A DNA stretch of 64,000 nucleotides from assembly GCF_035944335.1 (NCBI RefSeq), contig NZ_DASZBG010000012.1, forward strand, positions 8,612 through 72,611, written 5' to 3'. Below, in pieces: positions 19,130 through 25,387 of this stretch. The notes under the pieces were generated by a model that had not been told where the DNA came from, did not search any database, and was given only the letters and a program-made list of their open reading frames with translations. Every line of letters begins with the position of its first letter. Within the stretch, counting starts at the first letter, position 1. This stretch comes from Phenylobacterium sp. (GTDB lineage Bacteria; Pseudomonadota; Alphaproteobacteria; Caulobacterales; Caulobacteraceae). The position numbers and the translations under genes are program-made.

Positions 19130-19930
19130 TTGAGTCTACTCGCTCGCCTCGCGCCGCATCTGCCTTACGTGCGCCGGTACGCCCGCGCGCTCACCGGGGA
19201 CCAGACGACCGGCGACCACTACGTCCGCGTGGCGCTCGAAGCGCTGGCCGCCGGCGAACGCGTGCTCGATCCCGGCCTGACCCCGCGCGTGGCGCTCTAT
19301 CACGTGTTCCACGCCATCTGGTGCTCCTCCGGCGCCCAACTCGAAGGCCCGACCGACGAGGACCTGGCGACTGACGACACCACGCGGCGCCTGATGCGGA
19401 TCGCCCCGCGCTCGCGCCAGGCGTTCCTGCTGACCGCCCTGGAAGGCTTCACCCCCTCCGAAGCCGCGCAGATCCTGGGCGCCGACTTCTCCGAGGTCGA
19501 GCAACTGATCGCCGAGGCGCAGACCGAGATCGACGCCGAACTCGCGACGGACGTCCTGATCATCGAGGATGAGCCGGTGATCGCGGCCGACATCGAGGCG
19601 CTGGTCAAGGAACTCGGCCACTCGGTGGTCGATATCGCCGCCACCCGCACCGAGGCCATCGACGCGGTAGCCCGCAAGACGCCAGGCCTCGTCCTGGCCG
19701 ACATCCAGCTGGCCGATGGCTCCTCGGGCATCGATGCGGTGAAGGATATCCTGGCGCGCTTCGACGTGCCGGTGATCTTCATCACCGCCTTCCCCGAGCG
19801 CCTGCTGACCGGCGAGCGGCCGGAGCCCACCTTCCTGATCACCAAGCCCTTCCAGCCGGAAACGGTGAAGGCGGCGATCGGCCAGGCGCTGTTCTTCCAT
19901 CCGCGCAAAGCCTCGAAACAGGCGGCCTGA
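19130..19930 (+). CDS. phyR: Anti-anti-sigma factor / response regulator PhyR
   Basis: TTG start preceded by GGGAGGGG. The protein begins (M)SLLARLAPHLPYVRRYARALTGDQ with a sigma-like N-terminal domain, followed by a C-terminal receiver (LIIEDEP...LADIQLADG...ITKPF). The upstream 300 aa of the 574-aa track ORF is an artefact. Confidence 0.9.
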   Translation: MSLLARLAPHLPYVRRYARALTGDQTTGDHYVRVALEALAAGERVLDPGLTPRVALYHVFHAIWCSSGAQLEGPTDEDLATDDTTRRLMRIAPRSRQAFLLTALEGFTPSEAAQILGADFSEVEQLIAEAQTEIDAELATDVLIIEDEPVIAADIEALVKELGHSVVDIAATRTEAIDAVARKTPGLVLADIQLADGSSGIDAVKDILARFDVPVIFITAFPERLLTGERPEPTFLITKPFQPETVKAAIGQALFFHPRKASKQAA

Positions 19931-19964
19931 ACCCAAAGGGTCCAGCTTGCGTTGAACACCCAAG

Positions 19965-19998
19965 AGGGCGTCGCCTCCCGCGGCGCCCTTTCTGGTTT
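19965..19998 (+). terminator. Intrinsic terminator after phyR
   Basis: Stem AGGGCGTCGC / loop CTCCC / GCGGCGCCCT (one G-U pair), followed by the T-rich tail TTTCTGGTTT. Confidence 0.6.
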
Positions 19999-20015
19999 CT
20001 AGAGGGAGCGATCCG

Positions 20016-20189
20016 ATGCTCGGCTGGTCAATTCTCTTCGCGGTGCTGGCGATCCTCGCCGGCTTCTTCGGCTTCTTCGGCCTGGCGGGCCTCGCCGCCT
20101 CGATCGCCAAGATCCTGTTCGTCGTCTTCCTCGTGCTGCTGGTGGTGAACTTCATCATCCGCGCCTTCCAGGGGCGCTCGGTCCTCTAG
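20016..20189 (+). CDS. DUF1328-family small membrane protein (57 aa)
   Basis: My own translation gives [64 protein letters not shown] is present. A paralog lies at 24205..24384. Confidence 0.75.
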   Translation: MLGWSILFAVLAILAGFFGFFGLAGLAASIAKILFVVFLVLLVVNFIIRAFQGRSVL

Positions 20190-20209
20190 GCTGCGTATCT
20201 CGGACGCAG

Positions 20210-20235
20210 AAACGGCCGCTCTTGCGAGCGGCCGT
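20210..20235. terminator. Hairpin terminator between convergent genes
   Basis: 11-bp stem AACGGCCGCTC / loop TTGC / GAGCGGCCGTT. Confidence 0.55.
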
Positions 20236-20263
20236 TGTCGTGTCCCCTATGTCCGGATTCAGA

Positions 20264-20557
20264 TCACGATGGCGGATTGCCGCCGTTCTGCGGGGCGAGC
20301 GGGCCGCCCTTCTGATAGTTCTGCCGGCTCGCCGCGTCGGGGCGCGGCGCGGCGAAGGGGGCGGCGCCGGCGGCCTGGGCGGTGTTCTTCGCATCGGCCG
20401 ACCCGAAGTCGCCCGCCTTCCAGGCCCAGGTGGCGGCGAAGCCGAGCACGGTCAGGGCGATCCCGAACACCAGCACCCAGAAGATGTTGCGACCGGTCCG
20501 GCCCTGCCGGGCGCGGGTGGCGCCGACGGTCTGTCCGTCGTCTTGCGAATAGGCCAT
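20264..20557 (-). CDS. Hypothetical single-pass membrane protein (97 aa)
   Basis: MAYSQDDGQTVGATRARQGRTGRNIFWVLVFGIALTVLGFAATWAW has one TM segment. SD AGGAGG lies upstream, GC3 is high, and the gene is downstream of an EcfG promoter. Confidence 0.6.
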   Translation of the reverse strand: MAYSQDDGQTVGATRARQGRTGRNIFWVLVFGIALTVLGFAATWAWKAGDFGSADAKNTAQAAGAAPFAAPRPDAASRQNYQKGGPLAPQNGGNPPS

Positions 20558-20572
20558 CGGGAAAGCCGCCTC

Positions 20573-20782
20573 CTACTGGTGTGGGAAATAGCTGAACGGG
20601 CCAGTCGTGATCTTCGCCACGACGGCGGCCTTGGGTGAGGTGAGGGTGCCGATCAGGCCGCTGGCGAGCGCCAGGCCGAGCACGGCGCAGATCACCATCA
20701 ACCGCCGTCGCGCGGCCTGCTGGCGATAGTTCGGCGTCTTCATCAGGGCGAAGCCGCCGCGGAATCCGTAGCCTGAGCGCAT
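20573..20782 (-). CDS. Hypothetical small membrane protein (69 aa)
   Basis: Only the 3' part of the 177-aa track ORF is used. The start is at MRSGYGFRGGFALMKTPNYRQQAARRRLMVICAVLGLALASGL, with SD GGGAGGG 7 nt upstream, about 38 nt after the predicted TSS. Confidence 0.5.
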   Translation of the reverse strand: MRSGYGFRGGFALMKTPNYRQQAARRRLMVICAVLGLALASGLIGTLTSPKAAVVAKITTGPFSYFPHQ

Positions 20783-20828
20783 TGGCGAGCCCTCCCTCGC
20801 GCGGGGTCCCTTCGCCCGCCAAGGTTTC

Positions 20829-20854
20829 AACGCCTCGCCTGCGCGGGACGTTCC
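20829..20854 (-). promoter_or_regulatory. EcfG/SigT-type promoter (GGAAC-N17-CGTT)
   Basis: The plus strand reads AACG-cctcgcctgcgcgggac-GTTCC, oriented toward the two small membrane-protein genes. Confidence 0.65.
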
Positions 20855-21037
20855 CTGCCGCAGGGCCGCCATGGCCAGGCCTCCAGAAAGTCTTGATCTT
20901 TCAACACCTGCGGACGAGTCTTGCGCCGGCCGGGACGTGCTGCCGCCGCGTCGGGCGCTCGGTGAACCGCCGCGATGTATTTTTTTCGAAAAAAGTGGGG
21001 CGATGGCGGAACGCACTCGTGGGAGTGCGTGTTTAGT

Positions 21038-21161
21038 CGAGTGCGGAGGCGGCGACGCCCCCCCCGACTTGAGACTGGCGAGCATGCCAGTCTGCCGTCT
21101 CCGCACCCCTTTTCTCGATGATGCACACCTCAGGCGGGCCCCAGGGCCCGCCCTTTCTTTT
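21038..21161 (+). ncRNA. Candidate GSR-dependent small RNA (GsrN-like); 5' end approximate
   Basis: The ~320-nt gap has no credible CDS. GGAAC at 21009 has an imperfect -10 (N15-CGTG or N17-TGTT). A 13-bp stem (21042-21054 / 21094-21106) encloses an unpaired 7-C tract (21059-21065) and an inner 8-bp hairpin, and is followed by TTTT. A second GC hairpin (21133-21152) is followed by TTTCTTTT. Confidence 0.4.
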
Positions 21162-21178
21162 GCGCTCGCGCTTTCGAC

Positions 21179-21622
21179 CTAGCGCGGAGCGAGGTGCAGG
21201 GTCACGTCGGCGCGGCGGCGCAGGGGCGCGGCCTGACCGCCTGAGGTCACGGCGCCCGCCTGGCCGGCGGCCGTCATCTTGAATTCGGCGGACGGCAGGC
21301 CGTTGGCGGCGAGGGCGGCGGTCACCGACTGGGCCCGGCGGCGCGAGAGCTCGAGGTTGGCGCCCGCCTGGCCGGCCCCGTCCGCCAGCCCGAGTACGTC
21401 CACGCCGAGGATCTTGCAGGCCCGGGTGTTGGAGGCGGCCTGGGCGATCACCATGCGGCCCTCCGGCGTCAGCTCGGCCTGGTCGGGCGCGAAGTAGATC
21501 TGCACCGTCTGGTCCTCGCAACGCGGCGTCGCCTTCACCAGCCGCGCGCGAGCGGTCTGCATGGTCGCACAGCCGCCCAGGGCCATCGCGGCCGCGGCCG
21601 TCAAGAGCAGCGCCGTTCTCAT
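21179..21622 (-). CDS. OmpA-domain lipoprotein (peptidoglycan-associated, 147 aa)
   Basis: The start is at MRTALLLTAAAAMALGGC (lipobox), with SD GGAGGGGAAG upstream. The C-terminal OmpA-like motif is GLADGAGQAGANLELSRRRAQSV. Confidence 0.8.
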   Translation of the reverse strand: MRTALLLTAAAAMALGGCATMQTARARLVKATPRCEDQTVQIYFAPDQAELTPEGRMVIAQAASNTRACKILGVDVLGLADGAGQAGANLELSRRRAQSVTAALAANGLPSAEFKMTAAGQAGAVTSGGQAAPLRRRADVTLHLAPR

Positions 21623-21707
21623 CGTCTTCCCCTCCAGCCCGCTAGCGGGCGCGCCAAAGGGCGGCCGGAAAATCCGACCGCCCCTGACATCTCGGTGTCG
21701 GCGTCGC

Positions 21708-22058
21708 CTAGTAGCGCGGCGAGCCGTCTTCCCAGAAGTACCGGCCCGTGGCCGAGTCGTAGTAGTAATAGCGACCCGCACGGTCGTCATAGTACTGGCG
21801 ACGGTTCGGAGCCGCGGCCGCGCCGCAGCCGCCTTCGTCGTGGCAGCCCTTCACGGCCCCGAGCGAGCCGCCGACGACCGCGCCGATCGCCGCACCGCCC
21901 AGGGTGCTGCCGTGCGCGACGTTGTTCCCGATCACCGCCCCGGCCACAGCGCCGAGCGCTGCGCCGCCGAGGGCCGTGTTGGTGGTGTGCGGGTCGTCAG
22001 CGCAGGCCGCGACCAGTACGCTGGCGCCGGCAAGCGCGATCAATGGCTTGAGCATCAT
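21708..22058 (-). CDS. Glycine-zipper lipoprotein (17-kDa-antigen-like)
   Basis: The start is at MMLKPLIALAGASVLVAAC (lipobox), with SD AAGGAGAG upstream. It has a GxxxG-rich segment GGAALGAVAGAVIGNNVAHGSTLGGAAIGAVVGGSLGAV and a Tyr-rich tail. Confidence 0.75.
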   Translation of the reverse strand: MMLKPLIALAGASVLVAACADDPHTTNTALGGAALGAVAGAVIGNNVAHGSTLGGAAIGAVVGGSLGAVKGCHDEGGCGAAAAPNRRQYYDDRAGRYYYYDSATGRYFWEDGSPRY

Positions 22059-22088
22059 GGCTCTCCTTTTGTGTCCCCTGCCGGGCCT

Positions 22089-22113
22089 AACGCCAGCCCA
22101 ACGCCGCAGTTCC
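22089..22113 (-). promoter_or_regulatory. EcfG/SigT-type promoter (GGAAC-N16-CGTT) for the glycine-zipper / OmpA lipoprotein genes
   Basis: The plus strand reads AACG-ccagcccaacgccgca-GTTCC, about 30 nt upstream of the ATG at 22058. Confidence 0.7.
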
Positions 22114-22129
22114 GTCGAAGGCGGAAAGC

Positions 22130-22154
22130 GGAACCTCCACCGTCCCCCACCGTT
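22130..22154 (+). promoter_or_regulatory. EcfG/SigT-type promoter (GGAAC-N16-CGTT) for the 22193-24208 operon
   Basis: GGAAC-ctccaccgtcccccac-CGTT, back-to-back with the minus-strand promoter and about 40 nt upstream of the ATG at 22193. Confidence 0.7.
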
Positions 22155-22192
22155 GGAAGGGCGCAACACCCTTCTCAAGCGGAGCATCTCCC

Positions 22193-22525
22193 ATGGTCGG
22201 CGGACGCCTGAACGACGACACGCGGGCCCCTGACGCCCTCGACAAGGCCGATCTGCGCGAAGCCTATGAGCGTGGCCGGAGCGACGAGCGGGCCCGCCGC
22301 AAGCGCCACCCGATCGGCATGACCCTGACCTTCGCCGCGGCCGCGGTCGGCGTGGCGATGCTGGCCCTGGCCCTGGTGAACGGCTCGTTCGGCGCGGCCG
22401 GCCTCCAGGTCGACCAAGGCCTGCAGATCGCCAAGCCGGTGGCCAGCCAGGCGGCGTCTAACGCCGGCGACCAACTTCGCGACGCCGCCGCCCAGGCGCG
22501 CGCCAAGGCCTCCAACGCCGGCTGA
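22193..22525 (+). CDS. Hypothetical membrane-anchored stress protein (110 aa)
   Basis: A charged N-terminus, one TM segment (MTLTFAAAAVGVAMLALALV) and an Ala/Gln-rich C-terminus. GC3 is high, and the gene is directly downstream of an EcfG promoter. Confidence 0.6.
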   Translation: MVGGRLNDDTRAPDALDKADLREAYERGRSDERARRKRHPIGMTLTFAAAAVGVAMLALALVNGSFGAAGLQVDQGLQIAKPVASQAASNAGDQLRDAAAQARAKASNAG

Positions 22526-22547
22526 TCCCATAGAAGCGCGTAGCCCC

Positions 22548-23414
22548 GTGGGGCGTATCAGCCGCGTCGAGGTCGTGGCGAACCTCGCCTCGGGCGGGGT
22601 GGGCAAGGACGCCGCCACGGAGATCGAGAAGATCCTGGCCGACCACGGCCTGACGGCCCATGTCTGCGCGCCGGAAACCCGCGACCTGACCAACTGCCTG
22701 CGCGCCGCCGTGGACGCGGGTCCCGACCTGCTGGTCACCCTGGCCGGCGACGGGACGGCGCGCGCCGCCGCGGAGCTTTGCGGCCCCCACGGTCCGTTGC
22801 TCGCCACCCTGCCGGGCGGCACCATGAATATGCTGCCGCGCGCCCTTTACGGGACACGCTCCTGGCAGGACGCGCTCAACGTCGCCTTGTCCGAGGGCGA
22901 GAGGCGCACCATCGGCGGCGGCGAGGTGGAGGGGAATACTTTCCTGGTGGCTGCGGTGCTCGGTTCGCCCGCGCTCTGGGGCGCCGCGCGCGAGGCCGCC
23001 CGCTACCACGAGCCGATCCTGGCCCTGGCGCGCGCCCGCCGCGCGCTACGCCGCGCCTTCACCGGGCGGCTCCGCTACGCCTTCGACGGCGGTGTGGCGG
23101 ACAAGGCCGAAGCCCTGGTGTTCATGTGCCCTCTGGTTTCACGCGTGATGGCCGACGAGGAGGCCGCCCTGGAGGCCGCCGCCCTCGACGTGCGCGGCGC
23201 GGCCGACGCCTTCCGGCTGGGGATCAACGCCCTGGTGCGCGACTGGCGCGACGACCCGGCGGTGGAGTCCCGCCACGCCCGCTCGACGCGGGTCTGGGCA
23301 GCCAGCCGCATCCCAGCCCTGCTCGACGGCGAGCTGGTGCGCCTGCACAGCGCCGCCGAGGTGGTCTATCGTCCGGCGGTGGCGCGCATGCTGGCCATCC
23401 CCAAGGACACCTGA
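22548..23414 (+). CDS. Diacylglycerol/lipid kinase catalytic-domain protein (YegS/BmrU-like)
   Basis: VVANLASGG...LLVTLAGDGT...LPGGTMNMLPRAL is the DAGK_cat signature. It lies 22 nt after the preceding gene. Confidence 0.8.
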   Translation: MGRISRVEVVANLASGGVGKDAATEIEKILADHGLTAHVCAPETRDLTNCLRAAVDAGPDLLVTLAGDGTARAAAELCGPHGPLLATLPGGTMNMLPRALYGTRSWQDALNVALSEGERRTIGGGEVEGNTFLVAAVLGSPALWGAAREAARYHEPILALARARRALRRAFTGRLRYAFDGGVADKAEALVFMCPLVSRVMADEEAALEAAALDVRGAADAFRLGINALVRDWRDDPAVESRHARSTRVWAASRIPALLDGELVRLHSAAEVVYRPAVARMLAIPKDT

Positions 23415-23419
23415 AGCCC

Positions 23420-24208
23420 GTGGCCATCCGCCTGGCCCATCTCTCCGACATCCACTTCGGCGGCGAGAACGTCGCCGCGGTGGCGGCCACGGCCGACTAC
23501 GTGAATTCCGGCGAGTTCGACCTGATCGTGGTGTCTGGCGACCTGACCCGCTACGGCGAGCCGCAGGAGTTCGAGGCCGCCGCGGCCTGGCTGTCGACGC
23601 TCAAGGGACCGCGACTGGTGACGCCGGGCAACCACGACGCCCCCTATCTTGCTTGGTCCGAGCGGATCTTCACCCCATTCCGCCGCTTCGAAGCAGCGAT
23701 CGGCCCCGCGGCGACCCAGACGCATCTCGGGTCCGGCTTCGCGGTGCGCGGGCTGAACACCGCGCGGGGCGTCCAGCCACGGATCAACTGGTCGAAGGGC
23801 CAGGTGGCCCCGGCCCAGGCGCGCGCCGCCGCGGACTGGTTCGAGACCGCACCCCACGAATGCTTTCGGCTGGTGGTCTGCCACCACCCGCTGATGGAAA
23901 TGATCGGGGGTCCAATGACCGCGCGCGTCTGGGGCGGCCAGGGCGCGGCCCGCGCCTTCGCCGAGGCGAAGGTGGATCTGGTGCTGTCCGGGCACATCCA
24001 CGCGCCCTTCACCTGGCCCTATCCCTACGGCGACGGACGCACCTATGCGGTGGGCGCCGGCACCCTGTCGGTGCGCGAACGCGGCGTGCCGGCCGGCTTC
24101 AACGTGGTCGAAATAGAAGGGGCGGCGATTCGCATCGCCGCCCTCGGGTGGACCGGCTCGCATTTCGAGCCGTATCGCACCTGGTCGTTAGATCGACGTG
24201 TATCCTAG
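23420..24208 (+). CDS. Metallophosphoesterase (calcineurin-like)
   Basis: GTG start. Motifs are [27 protein letters not shown] and LSGHIH. The N-terminal 214 aa of the 476-aa track ORF overlap the kinase gene and were rejected. Confidence 0.8.
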   Translation: MAIRLAHLSDIHFGGENVAAVAATADYVNSGEFDLIVVSGDLTRYGEPQEFEAAAAWLSTLKGPRLVTPGNHDAPYLAWSERIFTPFRRFEAAIGPAATQTHLGSGFAVRGLNTARGVQPRINWSKGQVAPAQARAAADWFETAPHECFRLVVCHHPLMEMIGGPMTARVWGGQGAARAFAEAKVDLVLSGHIHAPFTWPYPYGDGRTYAVGAGTLSVRERGVPAGFNVVEIEGAAIRIAALGWTGSHFEPYRTWSLDRRVS

Positions 24209-24384
24209 AGCGTGGGGCTTCGGCCGCCGCGCACGAAGTGCATGACGAGCGAGACCAGGAACAGCACCAGGAAGACGACAAAGAGGATCTTGGCCACGCC
24301 CATCGCCGCGCCGGCGATCGTCGTGAAGCCGAGCACGGCGGCGATCAGCGCCACCACCAGGAATGTCAGGGCCCAGCCTAGCAT
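24205..24384 (-). CDS. DUF1328-family small membrane protein (59 aa), paralog of 20016..20189
   Basis: My own translation gives [66 protein letters not shown] is present. Confidence 0.75.
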   Translation of the reverse strand: MLGWALTFLVVALIAAVLGFTTIAGAAMGVAKILFVVFLVLFLVSLVMHFVRGGRSPTL

Positions 24385-24450
24385 TGCGTTATCTCCAAGC
24401 GCGCCCTAGCGGACGCAAACGGTGCAGGTCGGCTGACCTGCGCCCATGTC

Positions 24451-24476
24451 AACGCCCGCTCAGGCGCGGCCGTTCC
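24451..24476 (-). promoter_or_regulatory. EcfG/SigT-type promoter (GGAAC-N17-CGTT) for the DUF1328 paralog
   Basis: The plus strand reads AACG-cccgctcaggcgcggcc-GTTCC. A 7-bp hairpin (GCAGGTC..GACCTGC, 24424-24441) lies in the predicted 5' UTR. Confidence 0.65.
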
Positions 24477-24502
24477 CACCCGGAGCGTGGCTTTGGCGGC
24501 GC

Positions 24503-24892
24503 TCAGCGCCGGGGGGGCGGCTTGCGGCTGGCGAAGGCGGCGGTGACGACCGCGGTCAGTATGCGCGGATTGCGGATGACCACGGCCACCGCCGCGGCCA
24601 TGGCGCCGGCGGCCACCAGCGGCCGTTCGCGGGCCAGTTCGACGAGCCGCGAGGTGAGGTTCTGCTGGTCGCCCTTGACCGGCTTCGGCTTGGCCTTGCG
24701 GGTCAGGATGAAGGCGAGGATCAGCGCCAGCAACGCAAAAGCGCCGGCGACCGCGGTCGCCGCCCAGGCCGGGCCGATGATGTCGCGCAGCGCCGCGTAG
24801 AGCGCGAACGACAAGGCTATGACGACAACGACAGCCGCCGCAACCAGGGCGGCGACGGCGGCCATCATTGAAAGCAGTTTGTTGAAGATCAC
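24503..24892 (-). CDS. Membrane protein, YqjE/DUF1469-like (often annotated 'phage holin family'), tentative
   Basis: 129 aa with two to three TM segments. There is a 4-nt overlap with the upstream DUF883 gene, the same pairing as E. coli yqjD-yqjE. Confidence 0.55.
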   Translation of the reverse strand: MIFNKLLSMMAAVAALVAAAVVVVIALSFALYAALRDIIGPAWAATAVAGAFALLALILAFILTRKAKPKPVKGDQQNLTSRLVELARERPLVAAGAMAAAVAVVIRNPRILTAVVTAAFASRKPPPRR

Positions 24893-25194
24893 TTACGTCC
24901 GGCCGACAGTAGCAGGCCGATCAGGACGCCCACGCCAAGCGCGGCGCCCGTCGCGGCGAGCGGACGCTCGCGCACGCGCTCGACCATGTACTGCTGGGCC
25001 TGTTCGAGCTGCTCGCCGGCGGTGTCGGCGTAGGCGCGCGACTGGGTGCGCAGCTGCTCCAGGCCGTCCTGGACCGCTTGCTCGATGCGCGCACGGGCGT
25101 CGGCGAAGGTCCGTTGGGCCTCGGCCGTCATGCGGACACCCTTGTCCACGCCATTCTTGGCTTCGTCGGCGAAATCTGCGGCGTTCGCGGGCAT
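24889..25194 (-). CDS. DUF883 (ElaB/YqjD-type) membrane-anchored stress protein
   Basis: The start is at MPANAADFADEAK, with SD GGAGA 7 nt upstream. It has a helical body and the characteristic C-terminal anchor RPLAATGAALGVGVLIGLLLSAGRK. Confidence 0.8.
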   Translation of the reverse strand: MPANAADFADEAKNGVDKGVRMTAEAQRTFADARARIEQAVQDGLEQLRTQSRAYADTAGEQLEQAQQYMVERVRERPLAATGAALGVGVLIGLLLSAGRK

Positions 25195-25248
25195 GTCATG
25201 TCTCCGGAAAGGGAAGCCCCGGCGAGGCGGCGGGGAGGCGCTTGCCTG

Positions 25249-25274
25249 AACGTCGGACATGGTAGGACGGTTCC
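25249..25274 (-). promoter_or_regulatory. EcfG/SigT-type promoter (GGAAC-N17-CGTT) for the DUF883 operon
   Basis: The plus strand reads AACG-tcggacatggtaggacg-GTTCC, about 55 nt upstream of the ATG at 25194. Confidence 0.7.
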
Positions 25275-25387
25275 AGCCGCCGCGCAAAGACGGAGCCGTG
25301 GCGCCCCATCCCCGCGGCGAACCAAACGCAGCCCTGCCGGCCGGGTTCCTTGTCGCGCTCCTCGCCGACGCATCCTATGTTCAGGCC

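Noticed and set aside
18206-19930. 574-aa ORF spanning the sigT/nepR antisense region and phyR
   Set aside because: Only the last 266 codons (from TTG 19130, behind GGGAGGGG and an EcfG promoter) match PhyR. The upstream part is antisense to sigT and nepR and has no features.
20573-21106. 177-aa minus-strand ORF covering most of the 20855-21106 gap
   Set aside because: It would start upstream of its own EcfG promoter (20829-20854). Only the last 69 codons, behind a good SD, are plausible. The upstream part is Arg/Ser/Gly-rich with no features and overlaps the candidate sRNA region.
22778-24208. 476-aa ORF as one protein
   Set aside because: Its N-terminal 214 aa overlap the lipid-kinase gene in another frame and are low-complexity Arg/Gly/Pro. 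The metallophosphoesterase motifs begin right after the GTG at 23420.
24503-24892. 'Phage holin family' resemblance as evidence of a prophage or mobile element
   Set aside because: There are no integrase, terminase, capsid or transposase genes and no flanking repeats anywhere in the window. The gene is paired with a DUF883 stress gene behind an EcfG promoter, which matches a YqjD/YqjE-type chromosomal stress operon.
25248-25274. Plus-strand mirror reading of the 25249-25274 promoter (TGAAC-N17-GGTT) as a promoter for the HWE kinase gene
   Set aside because: Both boxes deviate from the consensus. The apparent match is a by-product of the partial palindromy of the minus-strand motif.
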